A stretch of 64,000 nucleotides of DNA from the human T2T-CHM13v2.0 reference genome, Homo sapiens, in assembly GCF_009914755.1 (NCBI RefSeq), contig NC_060937.1. The stretch is one strand, 5' to 3'. Numbering within the stretch: the stretch's first letter is position 1; every line of letters starts with the position of its first letter. The translations under genes and the position numbers were made by a program. Under the pieces are notes generated by a model. That model had not been told where the DNA came from, searched no databases, and worked only from the letters and a program-made list of their open reading frames with translations. Below are positions 47,407 to 64,000 of this stretch, in pieces.

Positions 47407-49059
47407 GTGATCATGATAATATGATATCCAATGCCTTCACAAATTTTGGGTGTAAAGACATTTTTCTGATTAACAGGTTTAGGAATAGAGAGACAGTTTT
47501 CTGTAACTTTTTGTGACAATAACATTATAGATAGACTTTATAAAATGGGTGACACGACAAAATCATTACTAGCTGGGTCTTATAAAAGTAATAACTCAAT
47601 ACCAGATAAAGGGAGAAGCCTTTATTGAAGAAATCTTACATTATCATTCATTAACACTGTGTAAAATGTGCAGTTTTACATCACTTGAACTAAGAACCTA
47701 CAAATGTAATGTTATTATTTTCTTTTCTTCCAAAAGCTCTTCTCCTAAATATTTCCTTTGTGTAATAGATTGTATTAGTTCATTATACCACAGTCACAAA
47801 TACTTTCATAATACTTACATGTTACTTAGATTACAAATCAAATACTTTTCTCGATAGGCTTCTTACTTTTATCCTCAAGAAGTCTTAATTCTCTAGATAG
47901 AGGAAACTTTTTGTACAATAGATTTAAGTAAAGGTCATTCTTTTCCCTCCTAACTCTGAAAGAGTACAGTGTAGAAGTAGTTGCCTCTAGTCCAATCCTG
48001 GAGCTGCCTCTCCCTACATAAATCCTCTTCCAGCCTTTTGCTGACTTTTGAATATTTTACCACACAAATGACTGCTGAGGGCAACTGTCTTTGGGAAAGA
48101 GATACCAGGTCGGATTTGCAGGGTCAGAGGGAAAAGGGACAGACCAGAACACAGGGAGGAAGCTGTTCTGAAAGGGGCTCCCAAGAGCTGTCAGAAGAGT
48201 TGATGGCCCCAGTTTTGTCCTGGCTGGTGGCAGGCTGGGGTAGTTCTGCCCATATTCAGCAGTGAAAACTGGCAAATATGAAATGACTTTTCAAAATCCC
48301 TTTCATTTTATTCTTGCTTTTCCATTAAATAATATATTTTCCTAATAATTCCCTTAATAGAAATTCAGAACTGTTGTCACCCATTGAATGACTTAATACA
48401 GTGCCTGGTACAGGTTATAGAAGGAAAATGGCAAGAAAAGCATCTTGGTGACATTAATCACTGTCCTATTCAGTTAGAGACAAAGGTGGCATCAATGGCT
48501 TTGGAAGTGTGTAGAGCAACAGCTTAGGAGAAACTGAACGTTGTCAGAGGAACTGCTTATCTTCATTTTATGCAATATACCAATCAAATCAAAAGCTACA
48601 TTAGCTCCTAATGAATTAAAATACATAAACTTTTCATTAAACACATTCTTCCTTTCTCCGTGGTCTTTCTGTTTATTTCCAGGTGGAGATTATGTTTCAG
48701 ATGATGGAGGTGGCTTCAAGTCCAACATTAATAAGGGGAGCACATTTGAAACTTCATTTGTACTTTTTCATTAAAAAAATCAGTAGGTGACAAATTATAC
48801 ACAGAATAATGTACCAACAAATTTTAGCTAATTAGAAAAATTCTCTCATAACTGGTAGTTTTCAAACTACGTCCCAAAGAAATCTAAGGTTCCACACAGG
48901 ACACTGCAGGATTAAAAGATAAAGAAGTCACAGTTTAGAGCTCCCATCCCTCCCTTAGCCAGACAGCTGGACTTCTGTCTTACAGAATACAGTTTCGTAG
49001 ACGTTTTATTAAAAAGGAAAGTGCTATTCTTCAATTTTTTAAGGTATGCCACCAATGTA

Positions 49060-49200
49060 GTTAAAGTCCCTAACTTTTCATAGGAGGCAACACAGGCTCA
49101 GAGAGATTGTAGCTCGCCTGAGGTCACGTAGTGAATTAGCTACATACAGGCCGGAAATGGGCTTCCGGTCTCCTTACTGAGCCTGGAGTTCTATGCCAGC
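49060..49200. mobile_element. MIR remnant
   Basis: aggctcagagagattgtagctcgcctgaggtcac matches the MIR core. Confidence 0.55.
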
Positions 49201-52200
49201 TGCTTCCTTCTTATTCAGAAAACAGACACAGATTTTAAAATACAACTCAGAGGAAATGCATATGTAAAACTGTCACATAGCTCAATAATGTTTAGGCATG
49301 AGACAGAAAAGAGTACTTCTCTAAATTTTAAGTTTGAAAGTTATGAAAAAAATTAGAACAGCAATTAACGTCAGAACTTTTGTTAGTAGCAGTGAATGTA
49401 CTCAATGTATAAAGAACTTTTTTTTTTAAGTCACAGGACAGGGAACATGAAATAAAGAGCCTTTAGTTGAACTAAGCAAGCTGAAGTTGAGAAAAATTAT
49501 TCCTCAAAAGGACTATTAATTTTCTCCAAATAAAACATGGTTTACCACAATCAATCAATAAGTCAATTATCCATGTTGTTGGTTATTTATAGCAAAATTG
49601 AAGACACAAAACAGATTTCTCTTTTTCATCTAGCACACTTCTGTCCACTGCCTCATCATTACAAAGACATGGATTTAATTTCAATTACAATTTAAATCCA
49701 GGCAGAAATGATAGGAGAACCTTGGTTTCCCTGGCCTCACATTTCCACATGAGGACTTACATTCTCTCTACGTTCCTCTTGGAAAGATTTACCAAAAGGG
49801 TGAATTTGTGCTCGCTTGGTTCTATGTCTGTCCTGTGAAATGATGTGTCTGTCCACAGTGACATGAATTCAAGTCAGCTGTCATCTCTGCAGCAGGCAGC
49901 CTGCTTTGGGGATGGGTATCAAGCTTTCTCCACTTGTAACTGTGTGGGTGGGTGCCTAATCTGGGATGAAGTGTTCAGAAGCGCACTGTGCCTGCACATC
50001 TGAGCCACATCCCTCATTAGTTATTCTGAGTCAGTAATAAAAGCTAGTATGTTGCTGCTCATCTGTCTGACTCCTATGTTCCCAACTTCAAAGGGGATTT
50101 GCTGCCTACCTCCCCACAGCCTCAGCAAGAAAGCTGACCTTACAACACGTATACCAATGTTTCCTTCTTCCTCAGTTACATGCTCTTACTGTACATTCTC
50201 CAACACATCCCACACTTTAAGAGGAGAAGATTCAAAAGGAAAATTTTAGAAAAAGAAATATAGTGAAATCAATAACAATGGGAAAGCCCAGTAAATACAA
50301 ATATATAGTTCATTCATTCAACAATAGTGTCTAGTAACAGGCTACTGTCAAATAACACTTGAGATTACTGGCTGGAAAATACTGCTGCATTTTTTGAGAC
50401 TGATTTAATAAATACATGCACACCACACACACACACACATTTTTATAGCTACTATATTTTCAGTAACTTTTGATGTTTTCAAATTAAACTGTGATAGCAT
50501 TCTCTATTTTAAGGACCATTCAAGTGTTGTAAAAGTAAATATGCACTCAAGTGTCATAGAATCAAATATGTTTGCCTATTTAAACCACTGCAATTCAATA
50601 TAAATTTAAATAGGCTAATGAATGGAGGAAATGATACTTGTCAGTCTGTGATTATGAAATACATGTATTTTGTCACAGAGAAAATGAGTGGGGAACAGTC
50701 TGGTGATTGAGGAGATAAAGGATTCAGCACAGAGCCACGCATATATTTAAAGACCTTGTGAAAAAAGTGAAGAGAAAGAATGGGAAGAAGGTGAGAGATT
50801 GCCTGAAACTTTCAAAGGGTAAACTGAGTACTGGACATTTGGTAAGAAAGTACAATAAAGTGCAGACAGAAGGGATTATATAGAACATATATAACTGATG
50901 TAACAAAAGGTTTATCAAACACTGTCTTTGTATCCTGAATAAACAGCGTAACTATCATGATAGTTTCATTGGAGTTAAAATTTGGAGTAGAGAGTCACTG
51001 CCTTCATGATGCAAACAGGCCTCTTTTTAGTTAGGAAGAAACGCAACTCACTCTGTTGAGACACAATGCTCCACCATGAAAAAAAATCAAAGATTTAGAA
51101 ATGTTGTTTTAGCTTGGATGTACCTGTATAACCACATTTAGAAGAAGTTGCTAAATAGAAAGCATCTTTGAGAAATAGAGAAATTACTGAAATAAACATT
51201 TCTGAATGTGTCAGTAGTGCACCACAAATCCAAAACTAATCAATGTAAAAAAGAGTCTTCCTATTTAAAACATTAAAAGAAAACATTTACTCAGTGACTA
51301 CTGTGGGTTATGCATTCTGTTAGGCACAGAAGTGTTAAATAATGCTTGAACATACATAGTTTTTAAACCAGGTAAGTTTTACCTTTTATAAAATTGGAAT
51401 CATTTTTTAAGATTCTGTGATCGGAAAATTATTATATGTGCAAAAAAGTCCCACAGTGAAGTAGCTGTTCAGGCTAATTTTAAGTTTCCTTTTTATAACA
51501 ATATAATTAAAAGAGGAACCAATCAAATTTTAAAATTACTTCTCATATATAAAACAAAGCATACCAGAATTAAACTAGAATGTACAGACGGAAAGTAAAA
51601 ATTAGCAAAGTATATGTACAGGAATCTCTAATCACTCTATCGCTAATCGATTAGTGGCGAAGCTAGACTTCATGGAATAGTGAGAGATGCCTTTAAGGCT
51701 AAACATTATGAACATAGAAAAAAAACTGCTTCAACCACCAGTACAACTGAAATCATATACTAGAGAAATAAGTAATATAATTTTCCTTAAAGTTAGGGAA
51801 AATGCAATCCACAGACCAGGAGATTCTCTCATGTGCCTACACCACCAGGGCCCTGGGTTTCAAGCACAAAACTGGGCAGCAGTTTGGGCAGACACTGAGC
51901 TAGCTACAGGAGTTTTTTTTTTTCATACCCCAGTGGCACCTGGAACCCCAGAGAGACAGAACTCTTCACTCCCATATAAAGGGGACTGAAGCCAGGGAGC
52001 CAAGTGGTCTCGCTCAGCACGTCCTACTCCCATGGAGCCAAGCAAGCTTTGAACCATTGGCTTGAAATTCTCGTTGCCAGCACAGCAGTCTGAAGTCAAC
52101 CTGGGATGCTCAAACTTGGTGAGAGGAGGGGCGTCTGCCATTACTGAGGCTTGAGTAGGCAGCTTTCCCATGACATTGCTAAGGAAGCTGGGAAGTTTGG

Positions 52201-53718
52201 ACTAGGGGGACCTCACCACAGCACAGCAAAGCGGCTGTGGCCAGACTGCCTCTCTAGATTCCTCCTCACGGGGCAGAGCACCTCTGAAAGAAAGGCAGCA
52301 GCCCCAGTGAGGGGCTTATAGATAAAACACCCATCTCCCTAGGACAGAGCACCTGGGGGAAGGGGCAGCTATGGGCACAGCTTTAGCAGACTTAAATGTT
52401 TCTGCCTGCCAGCTCTGAAGAGAGCAGCGGATCCTGACAAGGAAGATTACCCTAGCACAGTGCTCAAGCTCTGCTAAGGGGCATAGTGTCTCCACAAGCA
52501 GGTCCCTCACCCCCATGCCTCTTGACTGGAAGAGACCTCCCAGCAGAGGTCGACAGATACCTCATACAGTAGCAATCTGGCTGGCATCAGGCCAGTGACC
52601 CTCTGGGACAAAGCTTCCAGAGGAAGAAACAGGCAGCAATCTTTGCTGTTCTGCAGCCTCTGCTGGTGATACCCAGGCAAGTGGGTCTGGAGTGGACCTC
52701 CAGCAAACTGCAGCAGACCTGCAGAAGAGGGGCCTGACTCTTAGAAGGAAAACTAACAAACAGAAAGCAACAACATCAACATCAGAAAAAAGGACCCCCC
52801 CACACAGAAACCCCATCCAAAGGTCATCAGCCTCAAAGACCAATGGTAGATAAATCCACGAAGATGAGGAAAAACCAGCATAAAAATGCCGAAAATTCCC
52901 AAAACCGGAATGCCTCTTCTCCTCCAAATGATCACAACTCCTCTCCAGCAAGGGCACAAAACTGGACGGAGAATGAGATTGACAAACTGACAGTAGCAGG
53001 CTTCAGAAGGTGGGTAATAGCAAACTCCTCTGAGCTAAAGGAGCCTGCTCTAACCCAATGCAAGGAAGCTAACCAAGAACCTTGATAAAAGGTTACAGGA
53101 CCTGCTAGCTAGAATAACCAGTTTAGAGAAGAACATAAATGACCTTATGGAGCTGAAAATCATAGCATGAGAACTTCGTGAAGCATGCAGAAGGACCAAT
53201 AGCTGAATCAATCAAGTGGAAGCAAGGACATCAGAGATTGAAGATCAACTTACTGAAATAGGGCGTGAAGACAAGATTAGAGAAAAAAGAATGAAAAGGA
53301 ACAAACAAATCCTCCAAGAAATATGAGACTATGCGAAAAGACCAAACCTATGATAGATTGGTGTACCTCAAAGTGATGGGGAGAATGGAACCAAGTTGGA
53401 AAACACTATTCAGGATATTATCCAGGAGAACTTCCCCAACCTAGCAAGACAGGCCAATATTCAAATTCAGGAAATACAGACAACACCCCTAAGATACTCC
53501 TCGAGAAGAGCAACCACAAGACACATGATCACAAGATTCTCCAAGATTGAAATGAAGGAAAAAATGTTAAGGGCAGCCAGAGACCAAGGTCAGGTTACCT
53601 ACAAAAGGAAGCCCATCAGACTCACAGCAGATCACACTGCAGAAACTCTACAAGCCAGAAAAGAGTGGGGGCCAATATTCAACATTCTTAAAGAAAAGAA
53701 TTTTCAACCTATAATTTC

Positions 53719-54014
53719 TTTTTTTTTTAATTATACTTTAAGTTCTAGGATACATGTGCACAACGTGCAGGTTTGTTACATAGGTATACATGTGCCATGT
53801 TGGTTTGCTGCACCCATTGACTCATCATTTACATTAGGTACTTCTCCTAATGCTATCCCTCCTCCAGCCTCCCACCCCCTGACAGGCCCAGGTGTATGGG
53901 TGTGTGATGTTCCCTGCCCTGTGTCCAGGTGTTCTCATTGTTCAATTCCCACCTATGAGTGAGAACATGTGGTGTTTGGTTTTCTGTCCTTGTGATAGTT
54001 TGCTGAGAATGATG
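53719..54014 (-). mobile_element. 5'-truncated L1PA 3' end (~300 bp) inserted antisense into the host ORF1
   Basis: Poly-T + ttatactttaagttctagg...tgctgagaatgatg; TSD TCAACCTATAATTTC/TCAACCCATACTTTC. Confidence 0.9.
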
Positions 54015-55139
54015 TCAACCCATACTTTCATATCCAGCCAAACTAAGCTTCATAAGCGATGGAGAAATAAAATTATTTACAGGCAAGCAAATGCTGAGAG
54101 ATTTTGTCACCACCAGGCCTGCCTTACAAGAGCTCCTAAAGTAAGCACTCAACATGGAAAGGAAAAACTGGTACCAGCCACTGCAAAAACATACCAAATT
54201 GTAAAGGCCATCGACACTATGAAGAAACTGCATCAACTAGCAGGCAAAATAACCTGCTAACATCATGATGACAGGACCAAATTCACACATAACAATATTA
54301 ACCTTAAGTGTAAGTGCGCTAAATGCCACAATTAAAAGATACAGATTGGCAAATCGGATAGAGTCAAGACCCATAGGTGTGCTGTATTCAGGAGACCCAT
54401 CTCATGTGCAAAGACACACATAGGCTCAAAAGTAAATGGATGGAAGAATATGTACCAAGCAAATGGAAAGCAAACAAAGCAGGGGTTGCAATACTAGTCT
54501 CTGATAAAACAGACTTTAAACCTACAAAGATCAAAAAGGACAAAGAAAGGCATTAAATAATGGTAAAGGGACCAATGCAACAAGAAGAGCTAACTATCCT
54601 AAATATATATGCACCCAATACAGGAGCACCCAGATTCATAAAGCAAGTTCTTAGAGACCTACAAAGAGACTTAGACTCCCACACCATAATGGTGGGAGAC
54701 TTTAACACCCCACTGTCAATATTAGACAAATCAATGAGACAGAAACTTAACAAGGATATTCAGGACTTGAATTCAGCTCTGGACCAAGCAGACCTAATAC
54801 ACATCTACAGAACTCTACACCCCAAATCAACAGAATATACATTCTTCTCAGTGTCACATAGCACATATTCTAAAATCGACCACATAATTGGAAGTAGAAC
54901 ATTCCTCAGCAAATTCAAAAGAACTGAAATCATAACAAACAGTCTCTCGGACCATGGTGCAATCAAATTAGAACTCAGGATTAAGAAACTCACTCAAAGG
55001 GAGGACCCAAGATGGCCGAATAGGAACAGCTCCGGTCTACAGCTCCCAGCGTGAGCAACGCAGAAGACGGGTGATTTCTGCATTTCCATCTGAGGTACCA
55101 GGTTCATCTCACTAGGGAGTGCCAGACAGTGGGCGCAGG

Positions 55140-55448
55140 TCAGTGGGTGCACGCACCATGCACGAGCCAAAGCAGGGCGAGGCATTGCCTCACTTGGGAA
55201 GTGCAAGGGGTCAGGGAGTTCCCTATCCTAGTCAAAGAAAGGGGTGACAGACCGCACCTGGAAAATCGGGTCACTCCCACCCGAATACTGCGCTTTTCCG
55301 ACGGGCTTAAAAAACGGCGCACCAAGAGATTATATCCCACACCTGGCTCAGAGGGTCCTACGCCCACGGAGTCTCCCTGATTGCTAGCACAGCAGTCTGA
55401 GATCAAACTGCAAGGCGGCAGCGAGGCTGGGGGAGGGGCGCCCGCCAT
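55140..55448 (-). CDS. L1 antisense ORF0-like ORF, 102 aa
   Basis: gcaATGG start; MAGAPPPASLPPCSLISDCCASNQGDSVGVGPSEPGVGYNLLVRRFL... matches primate L1 ORF0. Expression unknown. Confidence 0.6.
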   Translation of the reverse strand: MAGAPPPASLPPCSLISDCCASNQGDSVGVGPSEPGVGYNLLVRRFLSPSEKRSIRVGVTRFSRCGLSPLSLTRIGNSLTPCTSQVRQCLALLWLVHGACTH

Positions 55449-55896
55449 TGCCCAGGCTTGATTAGGTAAACAAAGCAGCTGGGAAGCTCGAACTGGGCGG
55501 AGCCCACCACAGCTCAAGGAGGCCTGCCTGCCTCTGTAGGCTCCACCTCTGGGGGCAGGGCACAGACAAACAAAAAGATAGCAGTAACCTCTGCAGACTT
55601 AAATGTCCCTGTCTGACAGCTTTGAAGAGAGCAGTGGTTCTCCCAGCACGCAGCTGGAGATCTGAGAACGGGCAGACTGCCTCCTCAAGTGGGTCCCTGA
55701 CCCCTGAGCAGCCTAACTGGGAGGCACCCCCCAGCAGGGGCACACTGACACCTCACATGGCAGGGTATTCCAACAGACCTGCAGCTGAGGGTCCTGTCTG
55801 TTAGAAGGAAAACTAACAAACAGAAAGGACATCCACACCAAAAACCCATCTGTACATCACCATCATCAAAGACCAAAAGTAGATAAAACCACAAAG

Positions 55897-56911
55897 ATGA
55901 GGAAAAAACAGAACAGAAAACTGGAAACTCTAAAAAGCAGAGCGCCTCTCCTCCTCCAAAGGAACGCAGTTCCTCACCAGCAACGGAACAAAGCTGGATG
56001 GAGAATGACTTTGACAAGCTGAGAGAAGAAGGCTTCAGACGATCAAATTACACTGAGCTATGGGAGGACATTCAAACCAAAGGCAAAGAAGTTGAAAACT
56101 TTGAAAAAAATTTAGAAGAAGGTATAACTAGAATAACCAATACAGAGAAGTGCTTAAAGGAGCTGATGGAGCTGAAAACCAAGGCTCGAGAACTACGTGA
56201 AGAATGCAGAAGCCTCAGGAGCCGATGCGATCAACTGGAAGAAAGGGTATCAGCAATGGGAGATGAAATGAATGAAATGAAGCGAGAAGGGAAGTTTAGA
56301 GAAAAAAGAAAAAAAGAAATGAGCAAAGCCTCCCGGAAATATGGGACTATGTGAAAACACCAAATCTACGTCTCATTGGTGTGCCTGAAAGTGATGGGGA
56401 GAATGGAACCAAGTTGGAAAACACTCTTCAGGATATTATCCAGGAGAACTTCCCCAATCTAGCAAGGCAGGCCAACGTTCAGATTCAGGAAATACAGAGA
56501 ACGCCACAAAGATATTCCTCGAGAAGAGCAACTCCAAGACACATAATTGTCGGATTCACCAAAGTTGAAATGAAGGAAAAAATGTTAAGGGCAGCCAGAG
56601 AGAAAGGTCGGGTTACCCTCAAAGGGAAGCCCATCAGACTAACAGCGGATCTCTCGGCAGAAACCCTACAAGCCAGAAGAGAGTGGGGGCCAATATTCAA
56701 CATTCTTAAAGAAAAGAATTTTCAACCCAGAATTTCATATCCAGCCAAACTAAGCTTCATAAGCGAAGGAGAAATAAAATACTTTACAGACAAGCAAATG
56801 CTGAGAGATTTTGTCACCACCAGGCCTGCCCTAAAAGAGCTCCTGAAGGAAGCGCTAAACATGGAAAGGAACAACCGGTACCAGCGACTGCAAAATCATG
56901 GCAAAATGTAA
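55897..56911 (+). pseudogene. L1 ORF1p, frameshifted
   Basis: ATG at 55897; split into ORFs 55998-56354 and 56351-56911 by single-base losses. Confidence 0.9.
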
Positions 56912-56959
56912 AGACCATCGAGACTAGGAAGAAACTGCATCAACTAACGAGCAAAATAA

Positions 56960-60801
<3,842 letters not shown>

Positions 60802-61014
60802 ACAATGAGATCACATGGACACAGGAAGGGGAATATCACACTCTGGGGACTGTCGTGGGGTGGGGGGAGGGGGGAGGGATAGCATTGGGAGATATACCTA
60901 ATGCTAGATGACGAGTTAGTGGGTGCAGCGCACCAGCATGGCACATGTATACATATGTAACTAACCTGCACAATGTGCACAGGTACCCTAAAACTTAAAG
61001 TATAATAAAAAAAA

Positions 61015-61591
61015 TTAAATACTAAACAAATTAATATCAAAATAAAATAACCGAGCTCAAAAAGATATCCCATAATGCAAAGAAGAAGAGATTGAAATGA
61101 GGAAATTGATGATATTCAATGTGAAAAGCAAGAATTTTAAGAAATATATAATATGAACTCGAGATGGAGAGAGTAGAGCACAAAGGAAGAAAAGCAATAA
61201 TTAAAGTTTTACAGGAAAGCTATATAAATTTAAAGTCCATATTTTATATAATACATTTTTTCAGTTATTTTCCTTAATTCTGAGGATTTGGCAAACCTAA
61301 GGAGGTCTGTAGCCTCTGTTATATATTCATAAGGTAGAAAGAAGTTAGAGGAAAGGGAGAGAAGCAAGGGAAAAATAAAAGAGCTAAAGGCAAGGAGAAA
61401 ACAAAGATAAAAATTTATCAGGAGTAACTGCTTTTTTTTAGAGAAACAAAAAATGATCTAAAATGCTTACCATTAAGTTTTGTGATAAATGCAATAAAAC
61501 ATGTTCTTTTATATTCCAGAGAATGTTCAGTAAAGTTCAGTAAAGATTTGCATCACTGGTTCATGTAAAAAAAAAAAAAAAAAAAAAAAAA
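61015..61591 (+). other. L1 3' transduction (~550 bp non-L1 sequence plus a second poly-A)
   Basis: Lies between the L1 end and the poly-A (61567-61591)/TSD; AATAAA at 61493 and AGTAAA at 61539. Confidence 0.9.
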
Positions 61592-64000
61592 GAAGCTCAC
61601 TCAAAACCACACAACTACATGGAATTGAACAACCTGCTCCTGAATGACTAGTGGGTAAATAATGAAATTAAGGCGGAAATAAATAAGTTCTTTGAAACCA
61701 ATGAGAACAAAGACACAATGACCAGAATCTCTGGGACACATTTAAAGGAGTGTTTAGAGGGAAATTTATAGCACTAAATGCCCACAAGAGAAAGCAGGAA
61801 AGATCTACAACCAACACCCTAACATCACAATTAAAAGAACTAGAGAAGCAAGAGCAAATAAATTCAAAAGCTAGCAGAAGACAAGAAATAGCTAAGATCC
61901 GAGTGGAACTGAAGGAGATAGAGACATGAAAAACCCTTTAAAACATCAATGAATCCTGGAGCTGGTTTTTTGAAAAGATTAACAAAATAGATGGACCACT
62001 AGCTAGTGTAATAAAGAAGAAAAGAGAGAAGAATCAAATAGACATGATAAAAATGACAAAGGGGATATTACCACTGATCCCACAGAAATACAAACTACCA
62101 TCTGAGAATACTATAAACACATCTACACAAATAAACTAGAAAATCTAGAAGAAATGGATAAAGTCCTGGACACATACACCCTCCTAAGACTAAAGCAGGA
62201 AGAAGTCGAATCCCTGAATAGACCAATAACAAGTTCTGAAATTGAGGCAGTAATTAATAGCCCACCAACCAAAAAAAGCCCAGGACCAGACAGATTCACA
62301 GCAGAATTCTCCTAGGGTTACAAAGAGGAGTTGGTACCATTCCTTCTGAAACTATTCTAAACAATAGAAAAAGGACTCCTCCCTACTCATTTTATGAGGC
62401 CACCATCATACTGATACCAAAACCTGGCAGAGACACAACAAAAAAAGAAAATTTCAGGCTGATATCCCTGATGAACATTGATGCAAAAATCCTCAATAAA
62501 ATACTGGCAAACCGAATCCAGCAGCAAATCAGAAAGCTTATCCACCACAATCAAGTCAGTTTCATCCCTGGGATGCAAGGCTGTTTCAACTTACACGAAT
62601 CAATAAACGTAATCCATCACATAGAACCAATGACAAAAACCACATGATTATCTTAATAGATGCAGAAAAGGCCTTCAATAAAATTCAATACTCTTCATGC
62701 CAAAAACTCAATAAACTAGGTAGTGATAGAACATATCTCAAAATAATAAAAGCTATTTATGACAAACCCATAGCCAATATCATACTGAATGGGCAAAAGC
62801 TGGAAGCATTCCCATTGAAAACCAGCACAAGACAAAGATGCCCTCTCTCACCACTCCTATTCAACATAGTATTGGAAGTTCTGGCCAGGGCAATCAGGCA
62901 AGATAGAGAAATAAAGGGTATTCAAATAGGAGAAGAGAAAGTGAAATTGTCCCTGTTTGCAGATGACATGATTGTATATTTAGAAAACTCCATCATCTCA
63001 GCCCAAAAACGCCTTAAGCTGATAAGCAGCTTCAGCAAAGTCTCAGGATACAAAATCAATGTGCAAAAATCACAATCATTCTTATACACGAATAGACAAG
63101 CAGAGAGCCAAATCATGAGTGTACTACCGTTCACAATTGCTACAAAACAAACAAACAAAAAAACCTAGGAATACATCTTATAAGGGACGTGAAGGACTTC
63201 TTCAAGGAGAACTACAAGCCATTGCTCAAGGAAATGAGAGGACAGAAACAAATGGAAAAACATTCCATGCTCATGGATAGGAAGAATCAATATCGTGAAA
63301 ATGGCCATACTGCCCAACATAATTAATAGATTCAATGCTATTCCCATCCAGTTACTATTGACTTTCTTGACAGAATTATAATAAACTACTTTAAATTTCA
63401 TATGGAACCAAAAAAGCTTGTATAGCCAAGACAATCCTAAGCAAAAAGAACACAGCTGGAGGCATCACGCTACCTGACTTCAAACTGTACTACAAGGCTT
63501 CAGTAACCAACACACCACGGTACTGGTACCAAAACAGATATATAGACCAATGGAACAGAACAGAGGCTTCGGAAACAACACCACACATCTACAACCATCT
63601 GATCTTCAACAAACCTGACAGAAACAAGCAATGGGGAAAGGATTCCCTATTTAATAAATAATGCTGGGAAAACTGGCTAACCATATGCAGAAAACAGAAA
63701 CTGGACCCCTTCCTTACACTTTATACAAAAATTAACTCAAGATGGATTACAGACTTAAACATAAAACCTAAAACCATAAAGCCCTAGAAGAAAACCTAGG
63801 CAATACTATTCAGGGCATAGGCATGGGCAAAGACTTCATGACTAAAACACAAAAAGCAATTGCAACTAAAGCCAAAATTGACAAATGGGATCTAATTAAA
63901 CTAAAGAGCTTCTGCACAGGAAAAGAAACTATCATCAGAGTGACCAGACAACCTACAGAATGGGAGAAAATTTCTGCAATCTATCCATCTGACAAAAGTC

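Noticed and set aside
48640-48780. Plus-strand acceptor-like site tttccag|GTGGAG
   Set aside because: There is no convincing donor and no recognisable peptide, so it is not supported as an exon.

Overview
Primate (human or great-ape) genomic DNA with no intact protein-coding gene, dominated by repeats and apparently a mosaic of two duplicated blocks. (1) 1-12.95 kb is an Alu-dense block with two intron-separated exons of an unprocessed PSPC1 pseudogene (- strand). One exon has a 12-bp in-frame deletion and the other is interrupted by an L1PA element. (2) 12.95-64 kb is an L1-dense, AT-rich block with nested L1PB and L1PA elements, a MER4-type LTR and the last two exons of an ANKRD26 pseudogene (- strand). 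The PSPC1P + ANKRD26P order matches my recollection of human 13q12.11 (PSPC1P1/ANKRD26P3), which I have not verified. The main surprise is at ~39.05-41.62 kb (- strand): a decayed, intronless relic of an animal-type iterative type I polyketide synthase (AT-DH-KRs//KR-ACP, no thioesterase), related to fish pks1 and bird PKS. Its catalytic motifs are still readable although no long ORF remains. Other notable structures are a 35-bp satellite inserted three separate times (both orientations) into one L1PB, a full-length L1PA2-like element with a ~550-bp 3' transduction, and an orphan 105-bp exon. All family assignments are by eye and from memory of the families; no database search was run.
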